The notes: generated by a model not told the origin, from the letters alone. 64,000 bases of DNA from Hyphomonas sp. (GCF_041398385.1 NZ_JAWKUW010000002.1:245125-309124); one strand, 5' to 3'. Shown: positions 52,783 to 63,353, counted from the first letter of the stretch. Program-made: numbers and translations.

Positions 52783-54150
52783 TTAATCCAACCCGGATGC
52801 TTCAAGAGCTGCACGTGGCCAGAGGGCCTGGACGACGGCTCCGGAACGGGGCGGCGCCTGGTTGCGCGTAGCGATCCTGCCGCCGGTCCGCTCGATCAGC
52901 GTCTTTGCAATGAAGAAGCCAAGCCCCATGTCGCCGCCGCCATGCTGGCCTTCGCTGCGCTGCGAGACATAAGGTTCGCCCAGTTTCGGCAGCACTTCCT
53001 GGGCAAAGCCCGGCCCGTCATCGGTGACGGAAATCATGATCTGGTCGAGTGTCCAGCTCGCTTGCACGGTCACTTTCGTCTCGGCGAAGCTGACGGCGTT
53101 TTCGACGAAGGCGCTGATCGCGTGCAGGATTTCCGGGCTGCGATTAAGGATGGGCGGGCGGCTGTCGGCATCGTCGCCGGGCCGGACCAGCACTTCGACC
53201 GCAACGCCAAGCCCCCGGAACGGGGCCGCCGATTCGGTGACCAACGCTTCCAGAGGGACGCGCGCGTGCACGATATCCGTCGCTTCGCGCGCATTGCGGA
53301 TCGTCGCAAGAATGGCGCGGCAGCGATCGGCCTGTTCCGCCAGCAACGCGATATCCTCGTATCTGGGATCGTCTTTCGGGATTTCCGCCAGCAGTTCCTT
53401 CGCCACGAGATGGATCGTGGCGAGCGGCGTGCCGAGTTCATGCGTCGTCATCGCCGACATCGCACCGATGGCGGAGATCTTCTGCTCACGCGCCATGACG
53501 ACACTGGCCGCATCGAGGGCACGGACGAGCTTTGCTTCGTCCTGGCTGACGCGGCTTGCGGACAGGGAGAAGAAGCCGACGCCGACGGCGAGCGCCGCGA
53601 ACTGGCCAATATGATACATCGGCGGCAGCTCTGCGACCTGACCATAGAACCAGGGCAGCGGCATTGAGACGAGCGGCATGAAGGCCGCAAGCCCGAGGGC
53701 CAGAAGCGCGATAATGACGGCGCGCGTGCGCGACAGGCTGAGCGCGGCCACCGTCACCGGCGCGACCAGCAGCAGAAGGAAGGGATTGGAGAGGCCGCCC
53801 GTCACCGCGACCAGTGCAGCCAGCTGGATCGTGTCGAAGGCAAGCTGGACGGTCGCCTCCCAGCGCTGGGTCAGCCGCTGGCTCTGGAACGCGAACGACA
53901 GGAAGACGTTGAGCCAGGCCGAGGCGGCTATGATCGCGAGGCAGGCGGCGAGCGGCACGTCGAATTTCAGGACAAAGGCCACGAACAGGACCGCGGCCGT
54001 CTGCCCGGCAACGGCCAGCCAGCGCAGGGCGATGAAAGTACGCAGGCGCGTCCGGCCGAGCGCCGACTGGGCGGAGCCCAATCCCTCGGGCGCGAGGGTG
54101 AAGATGGCGTCGCCGAATTCGAGGTTGGGGGTGCGTGCAGGTTCGTCCAT
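52783..54150 (-). CDS. regB: Redox sensor histidine kinase RegB/ActS/PrrB
   Basis: GGLSNPF quinone-site motif, HELGTPL H-box, QADRCR redox Cys, DDGPGF, GLG.FIA. Confidence 0.94.
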   Translation of the reverse strand: MDEPARTPNLEFGDAIFTLAPEGLGSAQSALGRTRLRTFIALRWLAVAGQTAAVLFVAFVLKFDVPLAACLAIIAASAWLNVFLSFAFQSQRLTQRWEATVQLAFDTIQLAALVAVTGGLSNPFLLLLVAPVTVAALSLSRTRAVIIALLALGLAAFMPLVSMPLPWFYGQVAELPPMYHIGQFAALAVGVGFFSLSASRVSQDEAKLVRALDAASVVMAREQKISAIGAMSAMTTHELGTPLATIHLVAKELLAEIPKDDPRYEDIALLAEQADRCRAILATIRNAREATDIVHARVPLEALVTESAAPFRGLGVAVEVLVRPGDDADSRPPILNRSPEILHAISAFVENAVSFAETKVTVQASWTLDQIMISVTDDGPGFAQEVLPKLGEPYVSQRSEGQHGGGDMGLGFFIAKTLIERTGGRIATRNQAPPRSGAVVQALWPRAALEASGLD

Positions 54151-54214
54151 TCCGGCCTTATGCGGCAGCGTGACGCCCTCGCCAAGCCGACACCTGCCGG
54201 GCTAGACGGAAGGG

Positions 54215-54832
54215 ATGGCAGACCTTCGGCTAATTGCGGCAGCTGCCGCCTCCACCCTCCTTGCCGCCTGTGGCGGCCCTTCCGGAAGAGAGGCGCCGGA
54301 TCATGGCGGCGCGGTCGCCGGCTGCATGACACGCGCCTATCCCGAGATTGGCGGGCCGATTTCTCTGGTGAACCAGGCCGGCGAGCGTGTCACGGAAGAG
54401 ACCTATAAGGGCCATCCGACGCTGATCTATTTCGGCTTTACCTACTGCCCCGATGTCTGCCCGACGACGCTCGTCACGGTGAAGCGGGCCTATGATCGCC
54501 TGCCGGACGGCGTGGACCCTCCGCAGACGCTGCTGATTTCAGTCGATCCGGAGCGGGATACACCGGAAGCGCTCGCCCAGTATGTCGCCAGCAAGGCGTT
54601 TCCCGCCAATCTTCAGGGCCTGACGGGCACGCCGGAAGAAGTCCGCGCGGCAGCCGATGCGTTCCTGGCCGATTATTCCCGCATCGACCAGCCAGAGAGC
54701 CAGAGCGAATATTCGATGGATCACACTTCCCTGCTGTACCTGATGGACAAGGACTGGAAGCTGATGACCTTCTTCACGCATGAAGACACGGACGAGACCA
54801 TCGCGTCCTGCCTCGCGGAACAGCTGAAATAG
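54215..54832 (+). CDS. senC: SCO1/SenC family lipoprotein
   Basis: Lipobox LAAC; FGFTYCPDVCP, SVDPERDT, YSMDH; adjacent to regB. Confidence 0.9.
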   Translation: MADLRLIAAAAASTLLAACGGPSGREAPDHGGAVAGCMTRAYPEIGGPISLVNQAGERVTEETYKGHPTLIYFGFTYCPDVCPTTLVTVKRAYDRLPDGVDPPQTLLISVDPERDTPEALAQYVASKAFPANLQGLTGTPEEVRAAADAFLADYSRIDQPESQSEYSMDHTSLLYLMDKDWKLMTFFTHEDTDETIASCLAEQLK

Positions 54833-54835
54833 ACG

Positions 54836-55618
54836 CTACTGCGCCGTCCAGCCGCCATCGACCGAGAGGTCGGTGCCGTTGATCTGGTCGCCGTCCGGCG
54901 AGCAGAGGAAGGCCGTAAAGGCCGCGACCTGTTCCACCGTCACGAATTCCTTGGTCGGCTGGGCAGCGAGCAGCACGTCGCGCTTCACCTGTTCTTCGGT
55001 CATGCCGCGGGCCTTGGCCGTATCCGCGACCTGGTTCTCGACCAGGGGCGTCAGCACGTAACCGGGGCAGATCGAATTGCAGCGGATGCCATGCGTCGCG
55101 CCTTCGAGGGCCGTCACCTTTGTCAGGCCCGAAATACCGTGCTTGGCGGCCACATAGGCGGATTTGAAGGGCGAGGCGACCTTGGCATGGGCGCTGGCGA
55201 TATTGATGATTCGACCCCAGCCCTTCTGTTTCATGCCTGGGAATGACAGGCGGATCGTGTGAAACGCAGCCGACAGGTTGAGGGCGATGATCAGGTTCCA
55301 CTTGTCGACCGGGAAGTCCTCGATCGGCGAGACGAACTGCATGCCGGCATTGTTGACGAGAATGTCGACCCCGCCGAAATCGTCCTCGACATATTTCATC
55401 ATGTTTTCAATGGCCGGAACACGGGTGAGGTCGGCACTCGAATAGCCCGCCATGACGCCGTGTTCCGAGGCGAGGGACCGCTTCAGCGTGTCGATTTCGC
55501 CGGCATCGCCAAATCCGTTGAGAACGATATTGCAGCCCTCGCTGGCCAGACGCGTGGCAATTGCCTTGCCGATCCCGCTCGTCGAGCCGGTTACGAGTGC
55601 AGTTTTGCCTTTCAGCAT
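54836..55618 (-). CDS. bdhA: 3-hydroxybutyrate dehydrogenase
   Basis: TGSTSGIG, NNAGMQ, SAH..VASPFKSAYVAAKHG, DGGWTAQ. Confidence 0.92.
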   Translation of the reverse strand: MLKGKTALVTGSTSGIGKAIATRLASEGCNIVLNGFGDAGEIDTLKRSLASEHGVMAGYSSADLTRVPAIENMMKYVEDDFGGVDILVNNAGMQFVSPIEDFPVDKWNLIIALNLSAAFHTIRLSFPGMKQKGWGRIINIASAHAKVASPFKSAYVAAKHGISGLTKVTALEGATHGIRCNSICPGYVLTPLVENQVADTAKARGMTEEQVKRDVLLAAQPTKEFVTVEQVAAFTAFLCSPDGDQINGTDLSVDGGWTAQ

Positions 55619-55712
55619 GTCGTGTCTCCTTGAGAGGCGGGCGCGCTGTCGCTAGGGATATGGACGAGCCCCCGCGGGTCCATTTGTCGAACAACAGGAT
55701 AAGCAGGTTTTC

Positions 55713-56144
55713 ATGGGCGGTGAAATCGGAGCTTTTGTCGAGGCATTTCCGCGGTTCCTGATCTGGTCGGCCAGCGCGGGTGTGCTTCTGATCATTGCCA
55801 GCACGATCTATGTGCTCCTGACGCCGTGGAAGGAGATGGCGCTGGTGCGGCAGGGCAATACGGCCGCCGGGGTGGCCCTTGCCGGTGCGATTGGCGGGCT
55901 TGCCATCCCGATTTCGTCCACCCTGGCGTCCAGCGTTTCGCTGTTCGACCTCTTGATCTGGGGCGTCATCGCGCTGATTTTACAATTGATCGTCTATCGT
56001 CTGGTCGACCTGCTTCTGGGCGACGTGCCGAAGCGCATCGAGAATGAGGAAATGGGCGCAGCCATTTTCCTCGCCGGGACCAAGATTTCGTCGGCCCTCA
56101 TCCTGGCTGCGGGGCTCTGGGATCCGGCACTGCAGAGGTTCTAG
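55713..56144 (+). CDS. DUF350 (YjfL) membrane protein
   Basis: LTPWKE..LVRQGN.AAG, four TM helices. Confidence 0.85.
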   Translation: MGGEIGAFVEAFPRFLIWSASAGVLLIIASTIYVLLTPWKEMALVRQGNTAAGVALAGAIGGLAIPISSTLASSVSLFDLLIWGVIALILQLIVYRLVDLLLGDVPKRIENEEMGAAIFLAGTKISSALILAAGLWDPALQRF

Positions 56145-56162
56145 GAATGGAGGCAGTGCGGC

Positions 56163-56984
56163 ATGCGCAGGTTTGACTGGGTTCTCTACCTCGTTGTCTT
56201 CGGGGTCCTGGTCTTCAGCCTGTATTCGCAGGACCGCCATGCTGATGCCCCTGAAGCGCCGCCCTCGGTGCTCGAATCGGACGGGCCCATGCTGCCGCCG
56301 CCCTCCCCGCTGGATGAGCAGGTTCTGGTGCAGGTCGATGCGCCCAAGGACGGCATCGGGACAGCCTTCGCGGTCAACCGGAAAGGCCAGTGGATCACGG
56401 CGCGGCATGTGGTCGATGGCTGCGATTCGGTCGGCCTGCTGGTGGCGCCGGGCCAGTATGTTCCCGTGGAATCCGTCTCGGTCGATGCGGACCATGACCT
56501 GGCCCTTCTTTCGACGGGGCGCAGCCCCAACCCGGTGACGCTGGACCTCGGCACGCCGCTGACACTGGGCACCGAAGGCTATCATGTCGGCTATCCGCAG
56601 GGACGTCCCGGCGAAGTCGCGACGCGGCTGATGTCGCGCTCGAAACTCATCACACGGGGCATGCGCGATGGCAGCGAGCCGATCCTTGCCTGGGCCGAAA
56701 TCGGTCGCACGCGGGGTCTCGACGGCACGCTTGGCGGCATTTCCGGCGGCCCGGTCTTCGACCATCAGGGCCGGGTGCGCGGTGTGGTGGTGGCTGAAAG
56801 CCCGCGCCGGGGCCGGATCTATACCGCCGCGCCGGATTCTGTTGAAGCCTTCCTGACGAGCCTCGGCGTGGAACAGGAAGATGGCCCGGCCGAAGCGTTC
56901 AGTGTCGAGTCCTATGGCCCGAGTTCGGACAATGCCCGGCGGCGGTTGCAGGTGGTGAAGGTCGCCTGCAAGGTGCAGCCATGA
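56163..56984 (+). CDS. Trypsin-like serine protease, membrane anchored
   Basis: TARHVV (His), DLALL (Asp), GISGGPV (Ser). Confidence 0.88.
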   Translation: MRRFDWVLYLVVFGVLVFSLYSQDRHADAPEAPPSVLESDGPMLPPPSPLDEQVLVQVDAPKDGIGTAFAVNRKGQWITARHVVDGCDSVGLLVAPGQYVPVESVSVDADHDLALLSTGRSPNPVTLDLGTPLTLGTEGYHVGYPQGRPGEVATRLMSRSKLITRGMRDGSEPILAWAEIGRTRGLDGTLGGISGGPVFDHQGRVRGVVVAESPRRGRIYTAAPDSVEAFLTSLGVEQEDGPAEAFSVESYGPSSDNARRRLQVVKVACKVQP

Positions 56985-57865
56985 CCCTGTTTGCTGACCG
57001 ACTGGTGGATGCCGCCCGCAAACACGGGCCGTTGTGCGTCGGGATCGACCCGCATGCCGGGCGCATTCCGGCCCTGTTTGGCGGTGACACGCCCGAAGGG
57101 GTCGAAGCGTGGGGCCTTGCCATGGTCCAGGCCTGTGCCGGCAAGGTCGCCTGTATCAAGCCGCAAGTCGCCCTCTATGAACGCCACGGGCCTGAGGGCC
57201 TGAAGGCGCTCCAGTCGATTACGCGTGCGGCGCGCGAAGCGGGCCTGATCGTGCTGATGGATGCCAAGCGGGGCGATATCGGCTCGACGGCCGAGGGCTA
57301 TGCCGCTGCGTTCCTGGCCAAGGATGCCCCGTTCGAAGGCGACGCCCTGACAGTCAATCCTTATATGGGTCTCGACACGATCGAGCCTTACGTCCGCGAA
57401 GCCGAATTGAATGGGCGCGGCGTGATCGTACTGGTGCGGACCTCCAATCCGGGGTCCGCCGACTTCCAGTCCCGCAGCCTCGAAGGGGCGCCGCTCTATG
57501 CGCGCGTGGCCGAGGCGCTGGACCCGATGATCCAGCGGTTGAAGGGAAGGAACGGCTGGTCCGGCCTGATGATGGTGACCGGTGCCACCGGCCCGGGCGA
57601 AGCGCGCGCCATCCGGGATCTCGCACCGACATCGCTGTTTCTGGTGCCGGGCTATGGTGCACAAGGGGCAGGGGCCGCAGAGGCCCTGGCGGGCTTCGTT
57701 CAGGGTCCGGGCGGCCTGGAAGGTGGGGTCGTCAGCTCCTCGCGGGCGGTCAATTTCCCTGCTGGTTCCGGCGAAACGGACGATCCGGCCGAATGGCAGG
57801 CGCTTGTGGCGGCTGCCATCGAAGAGGCACAAGCGGACCTGCGGGGGATATCCGTCCCGGCCTGA
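56981..57865 (+). CDS. pyrF: Orotidine-5'-phosphate decarboxylase
   Basis: LCVGIDP, DAKRGDIGST, RTSNP, PGYGAQG. Confidence 0.95.
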   Translation: MTLFADRLVDAARKHGPLCVGIDPHAGRIPALFGGDTPEGVEAWGLAMVQACAGKVACIKPQVALYERHGPEGLKALQSITRAAREAGLIVLMDAKRGDIGSTAEGYAAAFLAKDAPFEGDALTVNPYMGLDTIEPYVREAELNGRGVIVLVRTSNPGSADFQSRSLEGAPLYARVAEALDPMIQRLKGRNGWSGLMMVTGATGPGEARAIRDLAPTSLFLVPGYGAQGAGAAEALAGFVQGPGGLEGGVVSSSRAVNFPAGSGETDDPAEWQALVAAAIEEAQADLRGISVPA

Positions 57866-57972
57866 GTGCCGCTTGGTCATCCCTCGACAAACCTATCGGA
57901 ACGTCTAGCATTACAGATGGAGAGGCGGCGCAAAGACCGCCCCGAGGAAACGATCAGGAGAGGACTTCCACG

Positions 57973-60129
57973 ATGGCTCAGTGGCGCAAGATCGCATTGG
58001 CAGGAACGGCGCTCGCCCTTCTGGCTGCCTGTGCTCCAAAGGAAAAGGCCGGCGAACCAGCGGCAAGCAAGGAAACAGCTTTTGCAGCGGTCGATTCGGC
58101 GCGGATCGAGACCGCCTCGGCGGGCGAAGAATGGCTTACCTATGGCGGCACTTATGACGAGCAGCGCCACTCTTCGCTGACCGCCATCAACAAGGACAAT
58201 GTCGACCAGCTTGGCGTTGCCTGGACGTTCGACCTTGCGACCAATCGCGGCGTGGAAGTGACCCCAATCGTCGTGGACGGCGTGATGTTCGTGACCTCCG
58301 CCTGGTCGGTCGTGTATGCGCTGGACGCCAAGACCGGGGCCCTGCTGTGGGAACACAATCCGGATGTCGACCGCGCGGTCGGCGTGAATGCCTGTTGCGA
58401 TGTCGTGAACCGCGGCGTCGCGGTCTATGACGGCAAGGTCTATGTCGGGGTGATCGATGGCCGCCTGCAGGCGCTGGATGCCAAGACCGGCGACCTTGTC
58501 TGGGAGACGGTCACGGTCGACCAGTCGAAGCCCTATACGATCACCGGTGCCCCACGTGTCGTGAACGGCAAGGTGCTGATCGGCAATGGCGGCGCCGAAC
58601 TTGGCGTGCGCGGCTATCTTACCGCCTATGATGCCCAGACCGGCGACAAGGTCTGGCGCTTCTACACCGTGCCGAACCCGGCAAAGCAGCCGGATGGCGA
58701 GGCCTCGGATGCAGCCTTCGAATCCATCGGCAATGTCACCTGGGGCGATAAAGGCGCCTGGGTCACGGATGGGGGCGGCGGCACGGTCTGGGATTCGATC
58801 GTCTATGACGAAGTGAACGACCAGATCATCTTCGGCGTCGGCAATGGCTCGCCCTGGAACCGCACGTTCCGCGACCCGGCAGGCGGGGACAATCTGTTCC
58901 TGTCTTCCATCGTCGCAGTGGATGCGAACACCGGGACCTACAAGTGGCACTTCCAGACGACGCCGGGCGACAACTGGGACTATACCGCGACCCAGACGAT
59001 CATCCTTGCGGACCTGCCGCTCGGCGAGAACGGGGCGCCGCGCCGCGTGGCGATGCAGGCACCGAAAAACGGCTTCTTCTATGTGATCGATGCCGCGACG
59101 GGTGAGTTTCTTTCCGGGGACGCGTTCGTTCCTCAGAACTGGGCGACGGGCCTCGACGAAAAAGGACGCCCGATGGAGGTGCCGGAAGCGCGCTATGGGA
59201 AGGTGCCGTATAATCAGGTGCCGGGCCCTCTGGGCGCGCACAACTGGCACCCGATGGCGTTCAATCCGGACCTGAATCTCGCCTACATCCCGGCTCAGGA
59301 AATTCCGCAGGCCTATGCTGAGGACCCGCGTTTCTTCAGCAAGGAAATCAAGTGGAACACAGGGGCGGACTTTTCCGCGGGCGTTCCGCCGGTTGCCACC
59401 CCGGAAGTGGCGAAGTTCCTGCGCTCGACTCTGAAGGGCCGTCTGATTGCCTGGGATCCGGTGGCCCGGGCGCCGCGCTGGACGGTGGAACATGGCAATG
59501 CCTGGAATGGCGGCGTCCTGTCGACGGCCGGCGGCCTGGTCTTCCAGGGCAAGCTGAATGGCGACTTCGTGGCCTATGATGCGGCCACCGGCGAAAAGCT
59601 CTGGAGCCAGAACGTCAAATCCGGCGCAGGGGCCGGCCCCGGCACCTATATGATCGATGGCGAGCAGTATGTGACGATCGCCACCGGCTGGGGGAGCGCC
59701 TTTGCCCTCTCGGCGGGCTTTGCCTACGACGACAAGGTGCCGTCGACGGTCGGGAAGGTCGTGACCTTCAAGCTCGGTGCGACCGGCGAAATCGCTGACG
59801 CAGACCTGCCGCCGATTGATCGCACGCCGAAGGCTGAGTCCTTCGGAACGGAAGCGCAAGTGGCTGCAGGCGTCGTGGACTATGCTCGCAACTGCGCCGT
59901 CTGCCACGGCCCGCTGGCGGTCAGCTCAGGCGTCTTGCCGGACCTCCGCTGGTCCAGCATTTCAGCCGATCCGGAAGCCTTCAAGGGTGTGGTGATCGAC
60001 GGGCACTTCGCCGCCAATGGCATGGTGTCCTTCTCCGAATACCTGAGTGAAGACGATGTCGAAGCGATCCGGGCCTATGTCCTCGCGCAGGCTCATGCAG
60101 CGGCAGGAGACAGCGGCGGCGCACAATAG
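57973..60129 (+). CDS. PQQ-dependent quinohaemoprotein alcohol dehydrogenase (type II), lipoprotein
   Basis: Lipobox LAAC; vicinal CC (ACCDVVNRG), WDY, GAHNW, C-terminal CAVCH haem c motif. Confidence 0.93.
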   Translation: MAQWRKIALAGTALALLAACAPKEKAGEPAASKETAFAAVDSARIETASAGEEWLTYGGTYDEQRHSSLTAINKDNVDQLGVAWTFDLATNRGVEVTPIVVDGVMFVTSAWSVVYALDAKTGALLWEHNPDVDRAVGVNACCDVVNRGVAVYDGKVYVGVIDGRLQALDAKTGDLVWETVTVDQSKPYTITGAPRVVNGKVLIGNGGAELGVRGYLTAYDAQTGDKVWRFYTVPNPAKQPDGEASDAAFESIGNVTWGDKGAWVTDGGGGTVWDSIVYDEVNDQIIFGVGNGSPWNRTFRDPAGGDNLFLSSIVAVDANTGTYKWHFQTTPGDNWDYTATQTIILADLPLGENGAPRRVAMQAPKNGFFYVIDAATGEFLSGDAFVPQNWATGLDEKGRPMEVPEARYGKVPYNQVPGPLGAHNWHPMAFNPDLNLAYIPAQEIPQAYAEDPRFFSKEIKWNTGADFSAGVPPVATPEVAKFLRSTLKGRLIAWDPVARAPRWTVEHGNAWNGGVLSTAGGLVFQGKLNGDFVAYDAATGEKLWSQNVKSGAGAGPGTYMIDGEQYVTIATGWGSAFALSAGFAYDDKVPSTVGKVVTFKLGATGEIADADLPPIDRTPKAESFGTEAQVAAGVVDYARNCAVCHGPLAVSSGVLPDLRWSSISADPEAFKGVVIDGHFAANGMVSFSEYLSEDDVEAIRAYVLAQAHAAAGDSGGAQ

Positions 60130-60192
60130 ACGCACTTTGCCTCGCGTGAATTAAGTGGCGCGGCCCGGTGGGCCGCGTTACTATTTCAAGTC

Positions 60193-60732
60193 ATGCACAT
60201 ACTTCTCTTCCTGCTCGGATTGATCGCCGCGTTCGGCATCTGGTCGTGGCGTATCCGCATGGCGCGGGAAGGAGCGCGTGAAGCCTTCAAGCTGGCGCAG
60301 GGCGCGGCCAACCTGCCGCGCAAGATGGCCTTCCGGTACAAGGCATCGCAGAACGGGCTGAGCCTGATCCAGGATCCTCGCGAAGCGGCAGCCATCCTGC
60401 TGATGGAAATCGCGCGCGCTCGCGGCGGAACGTTGACTGAGCGGCAGAGCGAGACAATCGAACGCGAGATCGTACACCATTTCCAGTTCACGCCCGCGGA
60501 AGCGGAGGAACTCGCCGCGCATGCGGCGTGGGTCACCAACACGGCACCGTCACCGGCAGAAACTGTCCGGCGCCTGTCCAACCTGATCGTGTCATCGCCG
60601 GTCCTCGGGCCCAAGGAAGTGATCGACCTTGATGCGATGCTGGTCGCCGTGTCCGAGGCCGAAGGGACGCCGACGCGTGACCAGCTGGCGCTGCTCCAGA
60701 TGTATCGGGACAAGGCTGGCCTGAAGACCTGA
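60193..60732 (+). CDS. TerB-like domain membrane protein
   Basis: N-terminal TM; DPREAAAILL..IA...G.LT..Q, F......EEL, VS.AEG. Confidence 0.7.
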   Translation: MHILLFLLGLIAAFGIWSWRIRMAREGAREAFKLAQGAANLPRKMAFRYKASQNGLSLIQDPREAAAILLMEIARARGGTLTERQSETIEREIVHHFQFTPAEAEELAAHAAWVTNTAPSPAETVRRLSNLIVSSPVLGPKEVIDLDAMLVAVSEAEGTPTRDQLALLQMYRDKAGLKT

Positions 60733-60769
60733 GTTGCACAGGCCTCAATATGCACCTACGGCATTTTCC

Positions 60770-61594
60770 ATGACGACGACTTTGCCATCCGCCTATCGCG
60801 CCAAGGTGCGGAGTGAAAGCTGGACCAATTTTTCGGTCCTCAGGCATGGCGCGTTCGATGGCGTGCTGGTGACCTCCAAGAATTCCGGCACGCACTGGCT
60901 GAAATACATGCTGGCGGTCGCGCTGGCCGAAACGCATGGCATCGACCCGCCGAAGTATTTTTCCGAGAATGCCGTGCGTCCCTATATCGGCTGGCCGAAG
61001 GACAAGCCGGTCTTTGCCGAGCTCCCGCGGCTGGCTTTCAGCCACACGATCCCGCACCGGCTCGCCGATTGGGGGTGGGCGAGGAGCATGGCGAGCCTGC
61101 CGCCTTACGTCCTGGCGGTGCGTCACCCGATGGCAATTCTCGCCAGCCATCATGCCAAGTGGGAATACGACATCCAGGTCGACTGGCTGACCTATCTCGA
61201 AGGCGACCCGGCCGGATCACGCTACCGCTGCGACCTCTACTGGCTCGCGCGCTTCTGGAACCGCTGGGGCGAGGTGCTGAAGCGCCATGGCGAGACTATC
61301 CTCGTGGTCCACTATGAAGAGACGCAGAAAGATCCGCGCCGCATCCTCGAAGCGGTCGATCGGCACTGGCAACTTAGCCTTGCGCCGGCGGCCATCGATG
61401 CGGCGCTAAAGGCCGGCACCAAGGAGGCCATGGCTGAAAAGGTCGATCCGGATGCCGAGCCGAATGTCCTTCAGAACCGAAAGACCAGTCTTTCCGAGCT
61501 GTTCTCGGGCGACGCGATGGAAGTCTACCGGCGCAAGGTCAGCGAACTGTTCGTCCACGACCTTGGCTATGACCTGTTTACGCCTCCGGCTTGA
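60770..61594 (+). CDS. Sulfotransferase-domain protein
   Basis: 5'-PSB-like KNSGTHWL, 3'-PB-like VRHP...LAS, V.YEE...DP. Confidence 0.8.
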   Translation: MTTTLPSAYRAKVRSESWTNFSVLRHGAFDGVLVTSKNSGTHWLKYMLAVALAETHGIDPPKYFSENAVRPYIGWPKDKPVFAELPRLAFSHTIPHRLADWGWARSMASLPPYVLAVRHPMAILASHHAKWEYDIQVDWLTYLEGDPAGSRYRCDLYWLARFWNRWGEVLKRHGETILVVHYEETQKDPRRILEAVDRHWQLSLAPAAIDAALKAGTKEAMAEKVDPDAEPNVLQNRKTSLSELFSGDAMEVYRRKVSELFVHDLGYDLFTPPA

Positions 61595-62258
61595 GAAAGC
61601 CGCTTGAGCGACCGTCAGGCCCGTATCTGATCCACCAGGGCTCGGCCTTGGCCTGCTCTTCCAGTCTCAGGAAATCCGGGTCTTCCAGGACGGCAGCCGC
61701 ATACTCTGCGGCGGCGCCGGACAAAGGCAGGCCATAGGTGCGGAACCGGGTGACGACCGGCAGGTAGAAGGCGTCAGCCGCGCTCCACCTGCCGAACAGG
61801 AAGGGGCCGCCTTTGCCGAATGTGCTGCGCAGATTGCTCCAAAGGGCGTCAATTCGGGCAATGTCGGCCGCCAGTTTTTCGGTCATTTCGGGCGTCGCTT
61901 CGCGCGCGCGAATGTCCATTGGGCATTTGCTGCGCAGTTCGGAGAAACCGGCGTGCATCTCGCTGGCGGCGGCGCGCGCAATGGCGCGGGCGGCGGGCGC
62001 TTCCGGCCAGACCGATCCGGGCGGCGCCCATTCCGCGATCCATTCGGTGATGGCGAGGCTTTCCCAGACCGTGACATCGTCCCAGATCAGCAGGGGCACC
62101 TTGGCCGTCGGGCTGATCTCTTTCAGGCGGGCGGATGTTTCCGGAAAATCGAGCGGGACAATCACGTCCTCGACGGGCAAGGCGACTTTCCGCGCCACCA
62201 TGAGCGGCCGGATCGACCAGCTGGAATAATTGAGATTGCCGAGGACGAGCTGTCTCAT
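61578..62258 (-). CDS. Glutathione S-transferase family protein
   Basis: NYSSWSIRP, SPTAKVP, WESLAI, EMHAGF. Confidence 0.92.
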   Translation of the reverse strand: MRQLVLGNLNYSSWSIRPLMVARKVALPVEDVIVPLDFPETSARLKEISPTAKVPLLIWDDVTVWESLAITEWIAEWAPPGSVWPEAPAARAIARAAASEMHAGFSELRSKCPMDIRAREATPEMTEKLAADIARIDALWSNLRSTFGKGGPFLFGRWSAADAFYLPVVTRFRTYGLPLSGAAAEYAAAVLEDPDFLRLEEQAKAEPWWIRYGPDGRSSGFLKPEA

Positions 62259-62551
62259 GCCGGTTTGCCGTCGCCGATGGCCCAGCGGGTTTCATTGATG
62301 TGGACATGGCCGAACACGCCGCCGGTCACGTAAGGGTCCTGCGCATGCAGGGCCTTTGCGGCGCCGATGTCTGCGGCCTCTACCAGGAATACGGATCCGA
62401 CCATGGCGCCGGTCTCGTTCAGCAGCGGGCCCGCCATGCGGAGAATTTCTCCCAACCCTGCCGCCCAGGCGAGATGTGCCGGACGGTTGGCGGCGCGAGC
62501 CTCGGCTCCGCCTTCCGGTTTGTCGAGGCAGTGCAGGCAATAAAGGGGCAT
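62255..62551 (-). CDS. YciI family protein
   Basis: DKP...R...RPAHL, AGPLL, GS, DPY. Confidence 0.9.
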   Translation of the reverse strand: MPLYCLHCLDKPEGGAEARAANRPAHLAWAAGLGEILRMAGPLLNETGAMVGSVFLVEAADIGAAKALHAQDPYVTGGVFGHVHINETRWAIGDGKPA

Positions 62552-62682
62552 CGGCTTCTCCAGTTCGGTTCCGGCTGCTATCGCACAGCCCCGGCCCGCT
62601 GCCTATGGGGCAGGCGTGGCCTGCTTTGTGCAGAATGAATGAATCATTGATCCTTCAATTATTGGGAGTAAGGTGCCAGCCC

Positions 62683-63282
62683 ATGAACGACACACCCGAT
62701 ACCCGCCAGCAGATCCTTGAAGCCGCCATGCAGCGGATCAAGCATTACGGTTACGGCAAGACAACCATGTCCGAGATTGCCAAGGATTGCGGCATGTCGG
62801 CCGGCAACATCTACCGCTTTTTCGCGTCGAAGCTGGATATCGCCGAAGCCATGGCGCGCAAGTTCAACGCCGAGATGTACCAGTCCTATGCGGCGATCGC
62901 GCGGGAGAAGACGCCGGCGCCCGAAAGGCTGAGAAAATACTTCGATTTCAGCATGCGGCACACGTTCGACACCATCGAACAGGAAGCGAAGATCCTGGAA
63001 GTGGCGGAAGTCCTGTCTGAAGAGCGCCCGCTGTTCTTCAATGAGCAGATGGCGCAGGAGCGCGTTTACCTGGTGCAGGTGCTGGAGGACGGGATGCGGG
63101 ACGGGGTGTTCCGGCGGCTCGACCGGCCGGAAGAGACAGCCGAGTTCATGCAGGCCGCATTGATGAAATTCCGTTTCCCGCAGCTGTTTTCGCACCTCAC
63201 CCTGCCGAAGCTGAAGCGGGAGCTGGACGGGGTTCTGGACCTGCTCCTGGCGGGTCTGTCGGCGGATGCGAAGGTACCGTGA
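62683..63282 (+). CDS. TetR/AcrR family transcriptional regulator
   Basis: YGYGKTTMSEIAKDCGMSAGNIYRFFASK HTH; start at ATG 62683. Confidence 0.93.
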   Translation: MNDTPDTRQQILEAAMQRIKHYGYGKTTMSEIAKDCGMSAGNIYRFFASKLDIAEAMARKFNAEMYQSYAAIAREKTPAPERLRKYFDFSMRHTFDTIEQEAKILEVAEVLSEERPLFFNEQMAQERVYLVQVLEDGMRDGVFRRLDRPEETAEFMQAALMKFRFPQLFSHLTLPKLKRELDGVLDLLLAGLSADAKVP

Positions 63283-63324
63283 TACGTGGAAATACTGACC
63301 GCTGAATAATTTTAAAATCGTTCA

Positions 63325-63353
63325 TTGATTTTTATTCAGTGCCTTGCTATATG
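63325..63353 (+). promoter_or_regulatory. Sigma70-type promoter for a small ORF
   Basis: TTGATT (63325-63330) - 17 nt - TATATG (63348-63353) in an AT-rich island. Confidence 0.6.
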
